From a virus: a stretch of DNA of 64,000 bases. The DNA is taken from positions 4,464 to 68,463 of the IMG/VR virus record IMGVR_UViG_3300020406_000408, one strand, 5' to 3'. Position 1 is the stretch's first letter, and each line of letters begins with the position of its first letter. The translations under genes were made by a program, and so were the position numbers. Below, in pieces: positions 9,872-20,374 of this stretch. Under the pieces are notes generated by a model, which ran no database searches, was not told where the DNA came from, and saw nothing but the letters and a program-made list of their open reading frames with translations.

Positions 9872-10629
9872 TATGGATTCTCTAAAATGCTTGTAAGTTT
9901 TATAACATTTTCCCAAGTTTTAGGTACATTTAAAATTAGGTGGTAACTATTATTCATCCAACTGTGTGTTCTATGTACTTTTGTTGTATCAACATAATAA
10001 GTTGTGTTTGGTATAATTATTCTACGACTATCTCCCAACCACCATTCGTAACTATTTGTATCAGAGTTTCCTAAAAAGCAAATTACTCTAAATGTATCAC
10101 GTGTCAGTAAAGGACTATCTCTATGCGGTGGAAACCATCCGCCTTTATTTGTTTTGACAATCATGGTGCGTCCTAATCCTGACCAATAATCTAGGATTGA
10201 ATGTAAACTTTCAAAATGACTGTAAGCAGACGTCGGAGTATTAAAATCAGTTTCCTTTAAAACACGGCCTGCTCTTTTCATTGCTTCGGGCCTACTTAAA
10301 CTATCTGTAGGTTTATCACCTTCTAATCCTACTAATAATATTCCCTCTCTATCGTTACTTACACCTTCTCTACGCAAATAAGGAACAAATTCAGTAGTTT
10401 TGACTTCCTCTTTAAACTTTTTAACATCAGGACGCAAAGATAATGCTTCAAAATCTCCTAGTAAATTTAACTGTAATTCGCATTTCAGGTCATCGGCAGT
10501 TGGCTCATATTGTGTAGGATCGTTTTTATACCACTCATAATAATTACTACCAGTAGCTTTATCATTCCTATCATATGCTTTTGTTAGATTTAAAAGATTA
10601 CCATCTTTATCATATTTTTTCAAATCCAT
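9871..10629 (-). CDS. AspH-like 2OG-Fe(II) oxygenase
   Basis: GGWFPPHRD, FRVI, YYVDTTKVHRT and YHLILNV. Confidence 0.75.
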   Translation of the reverse strand: MDLKKYDKDGNLLNLTKAYDRNDKATGSNYYEWYKNDPTQYEPTADDLKCELQLNLLGDFEALSLRPDVKKFKEEVKTTEFVPYLRREGVSNDREGILLVGLEGDKPTDSLSRPEAMKRAGRVLKETDFNTPTSAYSHFESLHSILDYWSGLGRTMIVKTNKGGWFPPHRDSPLLTRDTFRVICFLGNSDTNSYEWWLGDSRRIIIPNTTYYVDTTKVHRTHSWMNNSYHLILNVPKTWENVIKLTSILENP

Positions 10630-10631
10630 TT

Positions 10632-11276
10632 TTATTCCTCCTCTACTTTATATACTTCTTCAAATCTAGGTCGATCGTAAATTTGATCTATGTTTTTTCT
10701 ATCATAGGGCACACTTTTCATAGCATTAGTCCTAGGATCTAGATATTCTAGTTCGTTACTTGCATATCCTACTCCTAATATTAGACGTATTGGATTATCA
10801 ACTCCAAACAGTTCTGCACATCTTTCAGGATTATGACTGCAATTTTGTGTTATGCCTGTGCTGAGTCCTCTATCTTGTAATGCTAACATTATAAATGCGG
10901 CCTGAATACCAAATTCTAAATGGTCATATCTGTCAACAGCCTTTGATGTTCTGTTATAAAATTGGTATTGTACTTCTGCTTTGTGAACATCTCTTTGTGA
11001 AAATCCGATTAGATAAGGTGCTAGAACTTGCGGATTACCATAATCAGTCTCAATAGGCATTTCATCATTGCGATGACAAATTGTCATTATTTCTTTTCTA
11101 CGTTTAGGTTCATTGTTTTTTATACATTTAATCACAAAAGGATATTTTAAGTTTTTTGTAGGTGCCTGCATGTAAGCATCATACATGGCATCTTTTATTA
11201 GTTGTACATCTACTTCCTTAGTATAATCCCAAGTATAAGTGTTAGTCCTTGCCTTTATTACATCATTAAATTGCAT
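10632..11276 (-). CDS. Nitroreductase-family flavoprotein
   Basis: VIKARTNTYTW, QAPTKN, GIQAAFIMLALQDRGLSTG and LILGVGY. Start reassigned to MQFND at 11276. Confidence 0.8.
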   Translation of the reverse strand: MQFNDVIKARTNTYTWDYTKEVDVQLIKDAMYDAYMQAPTKNLKYPFVIKCIKNNEPKRRKEIMTICHRNDEMPIETDYGNPQVLAPYLIGFSQRDVHKAEVQYQFYNRTSKAVDRYDHLEFGIQAAFIMLALQDRGLSTGITQNCSHNPERCAELFGVDNPIRLILGVGYASNELEYLDPRTNAMKSVPYDRKNIDQIYDRPRFEEVYKVEEE

Positions 11277-12381
11277 TGACTTTCCTTTTTGGTATTTTTG
11301 AATCTGCACTTGAAACACAACTATCAGTAATACAAGGCATTGCTTTGTTAAATAATTTAAATCCTGTTTCAATATTTCCTAAAGGCACATCACCGCAACT
11401 ATAACTGCGTTTTATACTACCGTCTGGTTCACGTATTATTATACCTTGATATCCAGCATTACAATTCCAACCTTTAAACTTGTTAAAATTAAAAGCGTTG
11501 AATCTTTCTGCTTGATCCATATAGTACTTATCGCCTTTTGAATCTTCCATTTCTATCTGGAAATGCGGAGGTATAGTTTCTTCGGTATTGAACTCACTCC
11601 ACTTTTTAAATTTAGCTTTTGGTCGGTCTGCCCATTTACGTTTGCTTTCTGTATATGCACGTTGAGGCATACCGTTATGTAATTTTGCTAGTTGTTCTTC
11701 AGTATAACCATCAACAACAAAACTTGCCGTTGGATCACTCATTGGCTTTAAGGTTACATTGATTCCTTGCTCATGAAAGAATAATGCGTTCTCCCAATCA
11801 CGTTCAAACCAGGCAGGAACCATTACCATGTTTATTGTAACTTGTACATCATGCTCTTGACAAAATATAAGTTTGTCTGCAAACTCCTGCATTTTCACAG
11901 GTGTATTTACATGTTCAGTATGTAGGCTCGCAGTGATACTAGCTCTATGAAATGCTTTAGCATATTCAACATAAGTTTCAAACCAATTAATTTTACGTGA
12001 ACAATTTGATGTCATATGTATACTTGTATAATTTGTGTTTTCTACGTCGTCGGCGAGATATTTGAGAATGTCCAAGTATCCTGGATGAAAGGTAGGCTCA
12101 CCCCCTGACAAAGAAAAGTGAAATGAATTGAATCCGTTTTCTCTGGCTTGTCGTTTGATTTCGTCGATAGTACGAAGACATAACTCGGTTGGTCTGTGAT
12201 CTTTTCTGTCACTTCTTGCGTATGGCCAACAGTAACTACACCTATAATTACAAAAGCGACCAAGCAACCAACTAACCGTAAATACGTCACGATAGAGCAA
12301 AGTGCGTTGGCCCACACTGACAATATCCTCAAGTGGTATTTTTGTAAAGTCATAATTACTCCATTTTAAATCTTGAGACAT
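11266..12381 (-). CDS. Radical SAM protein with C-terminal Cys cluster (twitch/SPASM-like)
   Basis: CNYRCSYC, SGGEPT and C-terminal GWNCNAG...SC...PCITDSC. Confidence 0.9.
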   Translation of the reverse strand: MSQDLKWSNYDFTKIPLEDIVSVGQRTLLYRDVFTVSWLLGRFCNYRCSYCWPYARSDRKDHRPTELCLRTIDEIKRQARENGFNSFHFSLSGGEPTFHPGYLDILKYLADDVENTNYTSIHMTSNCSRKINWFETYVEYAKAFHRASITASLHTEHVNTPVKMQEFADKLIFCQEHDVQVTINMVMVPAWFERDWENALFFHEQGINVTLKPMSDPTASFVVDGYTEEQLAKLHNGMPQRAYTESKRKWADRPKAKFKKWSEFNTEETIPPHFQIEMEDSKGDKYYMDQAERFNAFNFNKFKGWNCNAGYQGIIIREPDGSIKRSYSCGDVPLGNIETGFKLFNKAMPCITDSCVSSADSKIPKRKVNAI

Positions 12382-12386
12382 TCTTT

Positions 12387-12415
12387 AGTATAGCACCTTT
12401 GGTTAATTTTGTCAA
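12387..12415 (-). promoter_or_regulatory. sigma70-type promoter (TTGACA-N17-TATACT), 5 nt upstream of the ATG
   Basis: The minus strand reads TTGACAaaattaaccaaaggtgcTATACTaaagaATG in an intergenic gap. Confidence 0.8.
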
Positions 12416-12420
12416 TCATT

Positions 12421-13362
12421 TTATAGCTTCTCTTTAATAAATTGATCTCTTTTATTTTCTTTACATACTTGTTCGCAACGTGGTATTTTATTTTCTGCTG
12501 TCCAACTATTTTTTATATCAGTCCAAACTTTTCCGTTCATAGCCTCGGCAATACTTACATTAGATAAGTTTATATCTGTCATATAATCCTGTTGTTCAAG
12601 TATATCTTCAAATTTATCATGCTTATGTCCGCTGACAGGATACTCTAGCATTTTAGAATTTAAATGACAGCAAGGTATAACATTACCCATATGATTCACA
12701 AAGATACGTTTTTGATTAGCATATTTACAGCTAATACAATTAGATTCTTCTACCTCAGTTTTTTTATGTTTTACGCCGCCTGTATCTTTTCTATGACTTA
12801 TTATAGTCTGAAATTTTACAAACCCTTCCTGCTTGGCTATTTTTCTTGCTTCCTCTAATTGATGTTCATTATGTTCAAAACTAATAAATTGCCAGTTTGA
12901 TTTTCCTCCTGCCGCGATAAATGCCCTATAATTTTGTTGTACTTTTTTAAAATTTGATCCTTCTCTATATACCTCTGATAATTCATCACTACCATCTATA
13001 CCCCAGGTCACTCTGTGCGAAGAAGGTAATATGTTTGCTAATTTTTCCCACCATTTTGTTGTGCGTAAACTACCATTGGTAGCAATGTTAATATGTGCGT
13101 TCCAGTCTGCAAAATGTTCTATAATTTTGTGAAACTGAGGATGACTACAAGGCTCATCTACACTACCACAGAAATTAATAATCTTGATATTAGGAAACAT
13201 TTTTTTTTGAAACTTTTCTTTAATAGTATTAAGATCTAAATACGTCTTGTTTAAGATTTTATCAGCATGATCAGAAATGACACGGAAACAGCCTTTGCAA
13301 CGAATATTACAAAAACTTGTAAGTTCTATGTCAATCCATTCTAGTGTATCAGTTGTCAACAT
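12421..13362 (-). CDS. Radical SAM protein with C-terminal twitch domain
   Basis: IELTSFCNIRCKGC, FCGSVDEP, TNGS and C-terminal ISC...PCC...RCEQVC. Confidence 0.9.
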   Translation of the reverse strand: MLTTDTLEWIDIELTSFCNIRCKGCFRVISDHADKILNKTYLDLNTIKEKFQKKMFPNIKIINFCGSVDEPCSHPQFHKIIEHFADWNAHINIATNGSLRTTKWWEKLANILPSSHRVTWGIDGSDELSEVYREGSNFKKVQQNYRAFIAAGGKSNWQFISFEHNEHQLEEARKIAKQEGFVKFQTIISHRKDTGGVKHKKTEVEESNCISCKYANQKRIFVNHMGNVIPCCHLNSKMLEYPVSGHKHDKFEDILEQQDYMTDINLSNVSIAEAMNGKVWTDIKNSWTAENKIPRCEQVCKENKRDQFIKEKL

Positions 13363-14429
13363 TATTCAAAGCACCACGGTATAGTTTTTTTACTGTTTGT
13401 TCCTCTTTTAGCATCTAAATCTAAAAGATAGCTTTTCATTGTTTCATTTCCAAGTTTATCAAACTTATAATCAGAATAAAATGTTTTTAACTCTTTTACT
13501 TTTGTCTCATTTAATACTTTTTCTACTACATTAGGTTTTAAACAATCTACAGATAAAAAATTAGGACTGTATAATTTATGAATATCATATTTGCCATTCC
13601 ATTTTTTTTGTATTTTTGCTATAGTTTTGTCTACATTCGGCAAGTTCAGTGCTTGTACAGTTATATTAAAACTCAGATACATTGGATTTAAATCTACTAA
13701 TTGTTGAGTGTCTTGACAAAATAAATCGTGTTGCGTAGGAAATCTTATTAATTCGTTGACTGACCCCCAGCCGTCTATACTGATTGAAAAAGTAAGCCTT
13801 TCAAATTTTTCTAATGTTTTTAAAAAACTATCTGTATTACTTACACCATTAGTTTGTATTTGAATTTCTGTATGCTTACGATTCCATTCATGTTGTGAAA
13901 GTTGCTGACAAAATTTTTGAACAGCTTTCATATAAAATGGCTCGCCTCCTGCGATATATATTTTTTCTGCTTTGTTTATACATCGATTGTAAATCCAATC
14001 CCAATCTAATGACTCTCTAACCTGCCTATGATCATTAATATTACCATTACGATATTTGGAATAAACATCTATATCTTCATACCATTTACTACTATTACCA
14101 GGATTACACATGGCACATTTTAAGTTACAAGTGTTTCCAGGACGTAAATCCCAAACAATTATTCCTTTGTCACCTCTTTTCAAACTAGTCTGTCGTTTAC
14201 TTCGTTTGCCCATTGACTCGTTCATAACACAATCATTACATTCAGGCCTTTTCCAGTCTCCTTTGAATCCTTCTCTAATCTCATTTATATAATCGTTATC
14301 TAATAAATCATCTATATTTTTTACAGTATGTTTTCCTTTTCTTTTGAATAGACAACATGGTGTAGAGACATAACCTTTGTCTTTCTTTTCTACATATAAA
14401 CTGTTAATTGACTCAAGACAATTATACAT
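13362..14429 (-). CDS. Radical SAM protein with N-terminal twitch-like domain
   Basis: N-terminal C...PCC...ECNDC; CNLKCAMC; AGGEP; QTNG. Confidence 0.9.
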   Translation of the reverse strand: MYNCLESINSLYVEKKDKGYVSTPCCLFKRKGKHTVKNIDDLLDNDYINEIREGFKGDWKRPECNDCVMNESMGKRSKRQTSLKRGDKGIIVWDLRPGNTCNLKCAMCNPGNSSKWYEDIDVYSKYRNGNINDHRQVRESLDWDWIYNRCINKAEKIYIAGGEPFYMKAVQKFCQQLSQHEWNRKHTEIQIQTNGVSNTDSFLKTLEKFERLTFSISIDGWGSVNELIRFPTQHDLFCQDTQQLVDLNPMYLSFNITVQALNLPNVDKTIAKIQKKWNGKYDIHKLYSPNFLSVDCLKPNVVEKVLNETKVKELKTFYSDYKFDKLGNETMKSYLLDLDAKRGTNSKKTIPWCFE

Positions 14430-15594
14430 TTAATACTCCGGTGTCAAAATGTGTTGCGACTGTATCTAAATATTTTTCTTTAAATTTGCTCTTAGGAGCA
14501 CACAATCCACAACCGCATGTATGCTTAGGACAAATCATTGTTGGCATAGTTTTTGATGCTAATTTTTGTTTTAATTGTGTAATTATTTTATGTCCTTCAC
14601 TAATTTTTCCTATTGGTCCTCTAGTACCGTCGAAACGTGCTTGACAAGTTTGATGATGAAATACTTGATCAGTTTGTTGCTCTAGATGTAAGAAGAACCA
14701 GTTTACACTACAATGCCAACCTTTAAATTCTCTCATATTTACAAACGTACTTTTTTTACTTGTGCCTCCAGAACTCAAACACATTTCTCTACCACCACAA
14801 CACGGTCTTCCAACTACCATTCCTAGTTTTTTCTTTTCGGTCGTCTTTTCTCCCACAGCACTCAACTTATCATTGTTAAGTCCTTCTTCTTTGTACCGCC
14901 AATAGTTTTTAATATAATCTAATTGATCCTCTGTATACTTGTGTGCAAAACTAGGTAGACTATCTGGCTCTTCACCTATTATTCTTGGTACGTACCAAAC
15001 TCCTAGCTTATCTAACCATTTACATAATTCTTTACACTCATCAAAATGCTGTGCGTGAAACATAACATTAACTTTGAATCCAAAATATTTTTGACCGTTT
15101 GAGTTCTTAGCATCTTCTGACGCTTGTTGGAACTGTTTTATTCTTTCTTTTATTTGTTTTTTTAATTTTTCATCTGCTTCAGCATGATAGCTAAGAGTAA
15201 TAAAAGACATTTTATCTATAATTGCTTTAGCAATTTTTGGACCCATTGCTCCGTTGCTTGTTAGTGAAAATCCGGTATGCCATTTATCTCTATATCTTTT
15301 ATTATATTCTTCCTTCAAATATTCAATAAAAGGAATAAAATTTGGATTGACTGTAGGCTCGCCTCCTGTAAAACTTATACTTGCTTCCTTGAAATCTCTG
15401 TACTGCATATAGGTGTCCATATACTCAAATAAAAAATCTACATTTGATTTTAATTGCTCTAGTGTAGCATGTGGACTAAAATTATCATGTCGTGTGGTAG
15501 GACAGTAGGTACAATCATAGTTACATCGGCGACCTAAATCCCATGAAACTTGAAATAAATTTCCTGTTAATAAATCTACAGTATCAAAGCTCAC
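14422..15594 (-). CDS. Radical SAM protein with C-terminal Cys cluster
   Basis: VSWDLGRRCNYDCTYC, TGGEPT and FKGWHC...TC...ICPKHTCGCGLC. Confidence 0.9.
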   Translation of the reverse strand: MSFDTVDLLTGNLFQVSWDLGRRCNYDCTYCPTTRHDNFSPHATLEQLKSNVDFLFEYMDTYMQYRDFKEASISFTGGEPTVNPNFIPFIEYLKEEYNKRYRDKWHTGFSLTSNGAMGPKIAKAIIDKMSFITLSYHAEADEKLKKQIKERIKQFQQASEDAKNSNGQKYFGFKVNVMFHAQHFDECKELCKWLDKLGVWYVPRIIGEEPDSLPSFAHKYTEDQLDYIKNYWRYKEEGLNNDKLSAVGEKTTEKKKLGMVVGRPCCGGREMCLSSGGTSKKSTFVNMREFKGWHCSVNWFFLHLEQQTDQVFHHQTCQARFDGTRGPIGKISEGHKIITQLKQKLASKTMPTMICPKHTCGCGLCAPKSKFKEKYLDTVATHFDTGVLNV

Positions 15595-16984
15595 TAAAAA
15601 TATCCTTCATCTCAGGAAAAGTTTCTGCAAAAGTGTTGCCGCGTTGAGTATCGCACCTTTTTAAAAATTCTTGCATTTCTGGTAGACGTCTACTCCAATC
15701 TTCACTTTCCATAAAATTAAGCATACCTTTTAACCTTTTAATCCCATAGCCTGCTCCCATGAAGTCGTCTTTTGTAACTTTACCTTTGTGCCAACTAGGA
15801 ATACCTAGTTCCCAATTTTCTTCCCACCAAGGATAAAATTCTTCATATTTCTTACGGCATTCAGCCTTAAACCAATCAGGTAAAACTTTTACATTTAGGT
15901 GTGGTGGATGATATACAAAGTGATAGTTAACTCCTCCGGCACCAAATGGCCACATGTTAATTTTTTTAAATCCTTGTGTAAGTTTCCATTTTATAAAATC
16001 GGGTATATAGTAAATGTTAAGTGCTTGTACAGCACAAGCTACAGTAACTTCAGTATTATTAGGTGTATCATTATCTAGTATATGAAAAACTTCTTCTTGT
16101 CTTTTCCATTTGCTAGGATAACGAATGTATTCATTCATTTCCTTTATGCTGTCAATACTGTAATGAAAACGAACTAACTTAAAATGCTTCCATAAATCAA
16201 ACAAATCTTCGCGCCATTCAACTCCATTACTATTATATCTTAGCTCTAAATTTTTAGCATATCCCTTTTCAATAGCATGTTCCAGTATTTCATAATGTTC
16301 TTCTATAATTAAACTTTCACCACCTGCAAAATAAATCTGTTGCATAGTAGGCATTTGTTCATAAAATTGCTTCCAAAAAATAGGGTTCTGTTTGTGCCAA
16401 TTATAACTACTTCCGTTTGTACTACCTTTATCTTGCCATTGCATTGTTTCTTTAAGTGATTCATTTTTTACTGCTGGAAACATTGCTTTCCAATCTTTTA
16501 TCCAACCTGAACTATCATGCGGTGAACACATGACACAAGCCAGTTGACATTTAGTTCCAAAACGCAAGTCAATATACGCTAGATTTGGTGGTACACTTCC
16601 ATCTTCGTTTGTGTTTTCTAAAAGAGTATCTACATTAACACGCTCACTCCAATATGCTGTTTCCCATATACGTTTACTATTATGGCCTGCCGCTTCTTCT
16701 TTGAAACATTTTATACAACTAGGTGGTACTTCTCCATTTAGCATTTGTTTGCGTACATTACGCATATATGTACTGTTCCACGCTGTTTCAAAATCACTTA
16801 CATTAAGGTTATTAGGACGTCCTTGTTCATCTTTAAGAATCCCAACTTGTCCGCCATGCTCTTTGTCATTGGTAGGTCCCACTGAACTTGCGTTTGCAGT
16901 ACAGCAAACTCGCATACTTCCATCTGGTCTTGTGCTTAGGTGTACCCATGGTAGGATACAAAATGTATCTGAAACTTTACTCAT
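15584..16984 (-). CDS. Radical SAM protein with N-terminal twitch-like domain
   Basis: FCILPW...VCC...SCIKC; CQLACVMC; AGGES; NSNG. Confidence 0.9.
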   Translation of the reverse strand: MSKVSDTFCILPWVHLSTRPDGSMRVCCTANASSVGPTNDKEHGGQVGILKDEQGRPNNLNVSDFETAWNSTYMRNVRKQMLNGEVPPSCIKCFKEEAAGHNSKRIWETAYWSERVNVDTLLENTNEDGSVPPNLAYIDLRFGTKCQLACVMCSPHDSSGWIKDWKAMFPAVKNESLKETMQWQDKGSTNGSSYNWHKQNPIFWKQFYEQMPTMQQIYFAGGESLIIEEHYEILEHAIEKGYAKNLELRYNSNGVEWREDLFDLWKHFKLVRFHYSIDSIKEMNEYIRYPSKWKRQEEVFHILDNDTPNNTEVTVACAVQALNIYYIPDFIKWKLTQGFKKINMWPFGAGGVNYHFVYHPPHLNVKVLPDWFKAECRKKYEEFYPWWEENWELGIPSWHKGKVTKDDFMGAGYGIKRLKGMLNFMESEDWSRRLPEMQEFLKRCDTQRGNTFAETFPEMKDIFSEL

Positions 16985-16989
16985 ATATG

Positions 16990-16995
16990 TACTTA
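16990..16995 (-). promoter_or_regulatory. Putative late promoter variant TAAGTA, 5 nt before the ATG
   Basis: The minus strand reads gaTAAGTAcatatATG, with the same spacing as at 51867 and 63294. Confidence 0.5.
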
Positions 16996-17038
16996 TCTAA
17001 GTTATAGTGGTGTTTAATTCCTACAGATGCTTGCCAGC

Positions 17039-18085
17039 TCACTTTTGTTCAACCTGTACATTTTGATATGCTTTGTTGGATGCACACGTTCTAATACATC
17101 TTTTCATATGTTTATTATGTGTAGGGTTCCAGCTTTCTGCCAAAACTTTCTCATACCATGGATGTTGCATTATTTGTTCGATACTATTAGTTTTAAGACT
17201 ATTCCAACCTTTTTGATATTCACCTAGTTTTTCTAGAATATTTTCTTTATTTTTGAATGCACTATCCCATAAAAAACAGCATGGCCACATTTCTTGCTTT
17301 GAACTTACAAATATTTCTCCTTCATGTACATACTTACAAACTATGGTGTCAATAACTTGTTTATCTATTTTATTACTTTGCATAAGTTCATCTAATTTAT
17401 AAACTTCATCTCTACGAGCATGTTGTTTGTCACCTGTTGTTGTTACCACCTTTTTTTGTTTATTATTTTTCTTGCCTATTAGTGAGACCCAATCATTGTA
17501 ACTATTACGCATACCTGTCCTAATATAAAATTTTAATCCTAGTTTTTTTGCATGTGCTTTTGCCTCTTCTATCTCATGTTCGTTATGATCAAATACAATA
17601 AAAGTCCATTTATTTTTAGTAAAGTCTCCTTTAAAACTATTTTTTGCAAAGGCTTCCAAGTTTCTTTGAATTACATTAAATTTAGTATGAACTCTGTAAA
17701 TATGATTTGTTTCCTTATGTCCATCGATACATGCTTGTAAAATAAAATTCTTTCCATATTTTTTGCTTAATAATCCTAATTCATGATACATATCTTCTGT
17801 GCCTACACCAGTATTAGTGCTTATTGTAACCCAACCACCATGAGATAACAAATATTCAGTAATCTCAACTGCCTGAGGATGTATCATAGGATCTCCTAAC
17901 ACACCACATAATCTTATATCTTTTTTATTGATATATCTTTCGTTAGGTAGAATACGTTTCACATCATCGAGTGAAAAATCTACTATCTCTAATTTATCTC
18001 TATATTGTGTTCTCGCACAACCAGGACATGCCGCATTACAATCACTTGTGAGTTCTAATTCAATTTTTTTTATTCTATCTATCAT
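17039..18085 (-). CDS. Radical SAM protein with C-terminal twitch domain
   Basis: IELELTSDCNAACPGC, LCGVLGDP and IVC...PCC...RCIRTC. Confidence 0.9.
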   Translation of the reverse strand: MIDRIKKIELELTSDCNAACPGCARTQYRDKLEIVDFSLDDVKRILPNERYINKKDIRLCGVLGDPMIHPQAVEITEYLLSHGGWVTISTNTGVGTEDMYHELGLLSKKYGKNFILQACIDGHKETNHIYRVHTKFNVIQRNLEAFAKNSFKGDFTKNKWTFIVFDHNEHEIEEAKAHAKKLGLKFYIRTGMRNSYNDWVSLIGKKNNKQKKVVTTTGDKQHARRDEVYKLDELMQSNKIDKQVIDTIVCKYVHEGEIFVSSKQEMWPCCFLWDSAFKNKENILEKLGEYQKGWNSLKTNSIEQIMQHPWYEKVLAESWNPTHNKHMKRCIRTCASNKAYQNVQVEQK

Positions 18086-19149
18086 TTAAATTGCTCCGCA
18101 AATGGATCAAACTCTGCTCCACACTTCATAGCACAAACTTTTAATTTTCCTTCTCCGCAAGTTGGCTTTGACCAACTATCTTGTATTGTGTTAAATATGC
18201 CTGTATCAAAAACTTTATCTAATCCGGAACGTGCATCTAATGCATTTTTGTCAGGAATGAAGTCCCATATTTGTTCCACTTTAGGATCTTTATGCCACCA
18301 CTTATACATGCGTCCTGCGGTCCAACAGCATGGCAAGGCTAAACCTTCTGCTGTAACATATAAACTATTTTCTTTTTTAACTTTACAAATAATAGGAGCC
18401 GCGTCATAATATGCGTCCATACTACCATATTTTTTGATAATAATGTCTTGTTTTTGTAATGCTTTATTTTGATATTTTTTATCAGGTTTTCTTAATTGTG
18501 TTGTTTCTTTACCTTTTCTATCAACTGCTTGATGTGATTCTTTCTTCTTACTATCTTGTGTGATAAAACGTCCAGTCTTTTTAGCAGTAAATTTTTCAAA
18601 GCCTTTTTGTTCACTTAATTCTCTTGCTTCTTCTACTTGATGTTGGTTATGTTCAAAAATTAAAAAGTCCCAACGGGCTCTTCCGCCCGCTTCGATAAAA
18701 GCATTCATACTACGCTCTACATTATTCCAATTAACGCCTTGGCGATATAAATGGTTAGTGTCCCGAAGACCGTCAACGCTAAAAATAACAGACCCCATCC
18801 TACCAAAAGTTGTTGCCAAGTCGCTCCACCATACTTCATCTCTTGCTCCTGCATTTGTATTCATACTTAGCCAGATGTTTTTATTGTGTGCTCTAAAATA
18901 TTTGAATATTTCTAACGTGTCTTTGGCAACAATGGGATCGCCCAAGTTACCACACATATACATTGTGTCAAGTTGGTTTATAAATTTAGGAGAAAATATC
19001 TTCTTACAATCTTCTAATGACAATTCATCTAAATTTATATGCGGGTTTACACCTTTACCGTTACAATTCCTATCACACATAGGACAAGCCGCCTGGCAAT
19101 TCTGTGTTACCTCTAGATGTATAGTTTTTATATCTTCGTAAAAATACAC
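18082..19149 (-). CDS. Radical SAM protein with C-terminal twitch domain
   Basis: IHLEVTQNCQAACPMC, MCGNLGDP and IIC...PCC...VCAMKC. Start reassigned to the GTG at 19149 (TAGTG overlap). Confidence 0.9.
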   Translation of the reverse strand: MYFYEDIKTIHLEVTQNCQAACPMCDRNCNGKGVNPHINLDELSLEDCKKIFSPKFINQLDTMYMCGNLGDPIVAKDTLEIFKYFRAHNKNIWLSMNTNAGARDEVWWSDLATTFGRMGSVIFSVDGLRDTNHLYRQGVNWNNVERSMNAFIEAGGRARWDFLIFEHNQHQVEEARELSEQKGFEKFTAKKTGRFITQDSKKKESHQAVDRKGKETTQLRKPDKKYQNKALQKQDIIIKKYGSMDAYYDAAPIICKVKKENSLYVTAEGLALPCCWTAGRMYKWWHKDPKVEQIWDFIPDKNALDARSGLDKVFDTGIFNTIQDSWSKPTCGEGKLKVCAMKCGAEFDPFAEQFK

Positions 19150-19676
19150 TATGTTAGCACCCTTTGCATTGATAAAACTATTTTTAATTGTGATGTATAA
19201 AATGCCTCTACTCCATGATAGCCATTGGCTATATACCATGAGTCAGCATCTAAAAATTTAAAATTTAATCCGTTTTTGTTTTTTATTACTGCTATATTTT
19301 TTAAATGTGCATCTTGATGTACAAAGAATCTGTTATCTACCAATTCATTACTTAATTCCATTGCTGATATCCATGTATTATTAATACATTTGAACAATCT
19401 AATATAATCTGTTTTATTTAAGGTTTTAACCATATGTGGTTCTAATAATTTGTATAAATCTATGACAATGTTATCTACATACTCCATTGTATACGTATTC
19501 TCGTCTATCTTATCTATTATCTTTACAACGTGTGGAGTTTTATCTTGCAGTCTTTTATAGGCATCAAACCAAGCATCACTTATTCCCTTTCTTTTTAGAG
19601 TTTTGATTAGAATGTTATTTTTAGTATCATGTACTATTCTAGATACCTCTGTGTCCCATATAATATTTTTTTTCAT
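19149..19676 (-). CDS. Small kinase-like phosphotransferase
   Basis: LIK, HVVKI..YTMEYV, HQDAHLKNI and FLDAD. Similar to 1415-1891. Confidence 0.7.
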   Translation of the reverse strand: MKKNIIWDTEVSRIVHDTKNNILIKTLKRKGISDAWFDAYKRLQDKTPHVVKIIDKIDENTYTMEYVDNIVIDLYKLLEPHMVKTLNKTDYIRLFKCINNTWISAMELSNELVDNRFFVHQDAHLKNIAVIKNKNGLNFKFLDADSWYIANGYHGVEAFYTSQLKIVLSMQRVLT

Positions 19677-20374
19677 TATTTTATACCAATTCTCATAAAT
19701 CTATTGTACTTTGGCAACTCCAGTGCTCCTGAATATAAGCAATCCTGCATTGGAGATTGTTCTGCAAATTCTAAAGGATTTTTAACACAATTTACGTGAT
19801 CCTTGACATCGAAAAAATTGTTAGTTTGTAAAACAACCAATGTACCATTTGGTATTTTTTTATACCACTGATTAAATTCTTTGATGTGTTCACAACTTGT
19901 GTTTATAACAGTATTAGGGCAATCTGTTATATCTCTACTCATTCTGTTGTTAGCTTTGCTCCAAGTTTGCCAAGTATGACTATTATAATCAATGTCCATG
20001 ATGTCCTGTGTTATTGCTTTGAATTTCCAATCTTTTTTGACTTCATTTCGGTTTATTGTATCTGCTATTTCTAAACAACTATCGTCTATATCAAAACTTC
20101 TAATTTTGTCTATTGAGCAACGACTTTGAAACAACATGGCCGCAAGTGTAGCATACCAACCAGCACACAAAAATACAGTTCCTAATGGCACCTCAATATC
20201 TTCCAAAGTGTTGACTAACCATCTTTTGCTTTTAAGTTGTCCCCAACTTAAAGCATCTGTCAAATCAGCATTATTGTTATCTACAGCATTACGTAAATTA
20301 TTGAATATAGGATTGTTAGTAAGGACTAACATTCTTCCAAAAATATCGTTATCGTCTTTCCAATTAATGCTCAT
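19676..20374 (-). CDS. Class I SAM-dependent methyltransferase-like protein
   Basis: FLCAGWYATL (motif I variant), SFDID and VINTSCEH. Confidence 0.65.
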   Translation of the reverse strand: MSINWKDDNDIFGRMLVLTNNPIFNNLRNAVDNNNADLTDALSWGQLKSKRWLVNTLEDIEVPLGTVFLCAGWYATLAAMLFQSRCSIDKIRSFDIDDSCLEIADTINRNEVKKDWKFKAITQDIMDIDYNSHTWQTWSKANNRMSRDITDCPNTVINTSCEHIKEFNQWYKKIPNGTLVVLQTNNFFDVKDHVNCVKNPLEFAEQSPMQDCLYSGALELPKYNRFMRIGIK

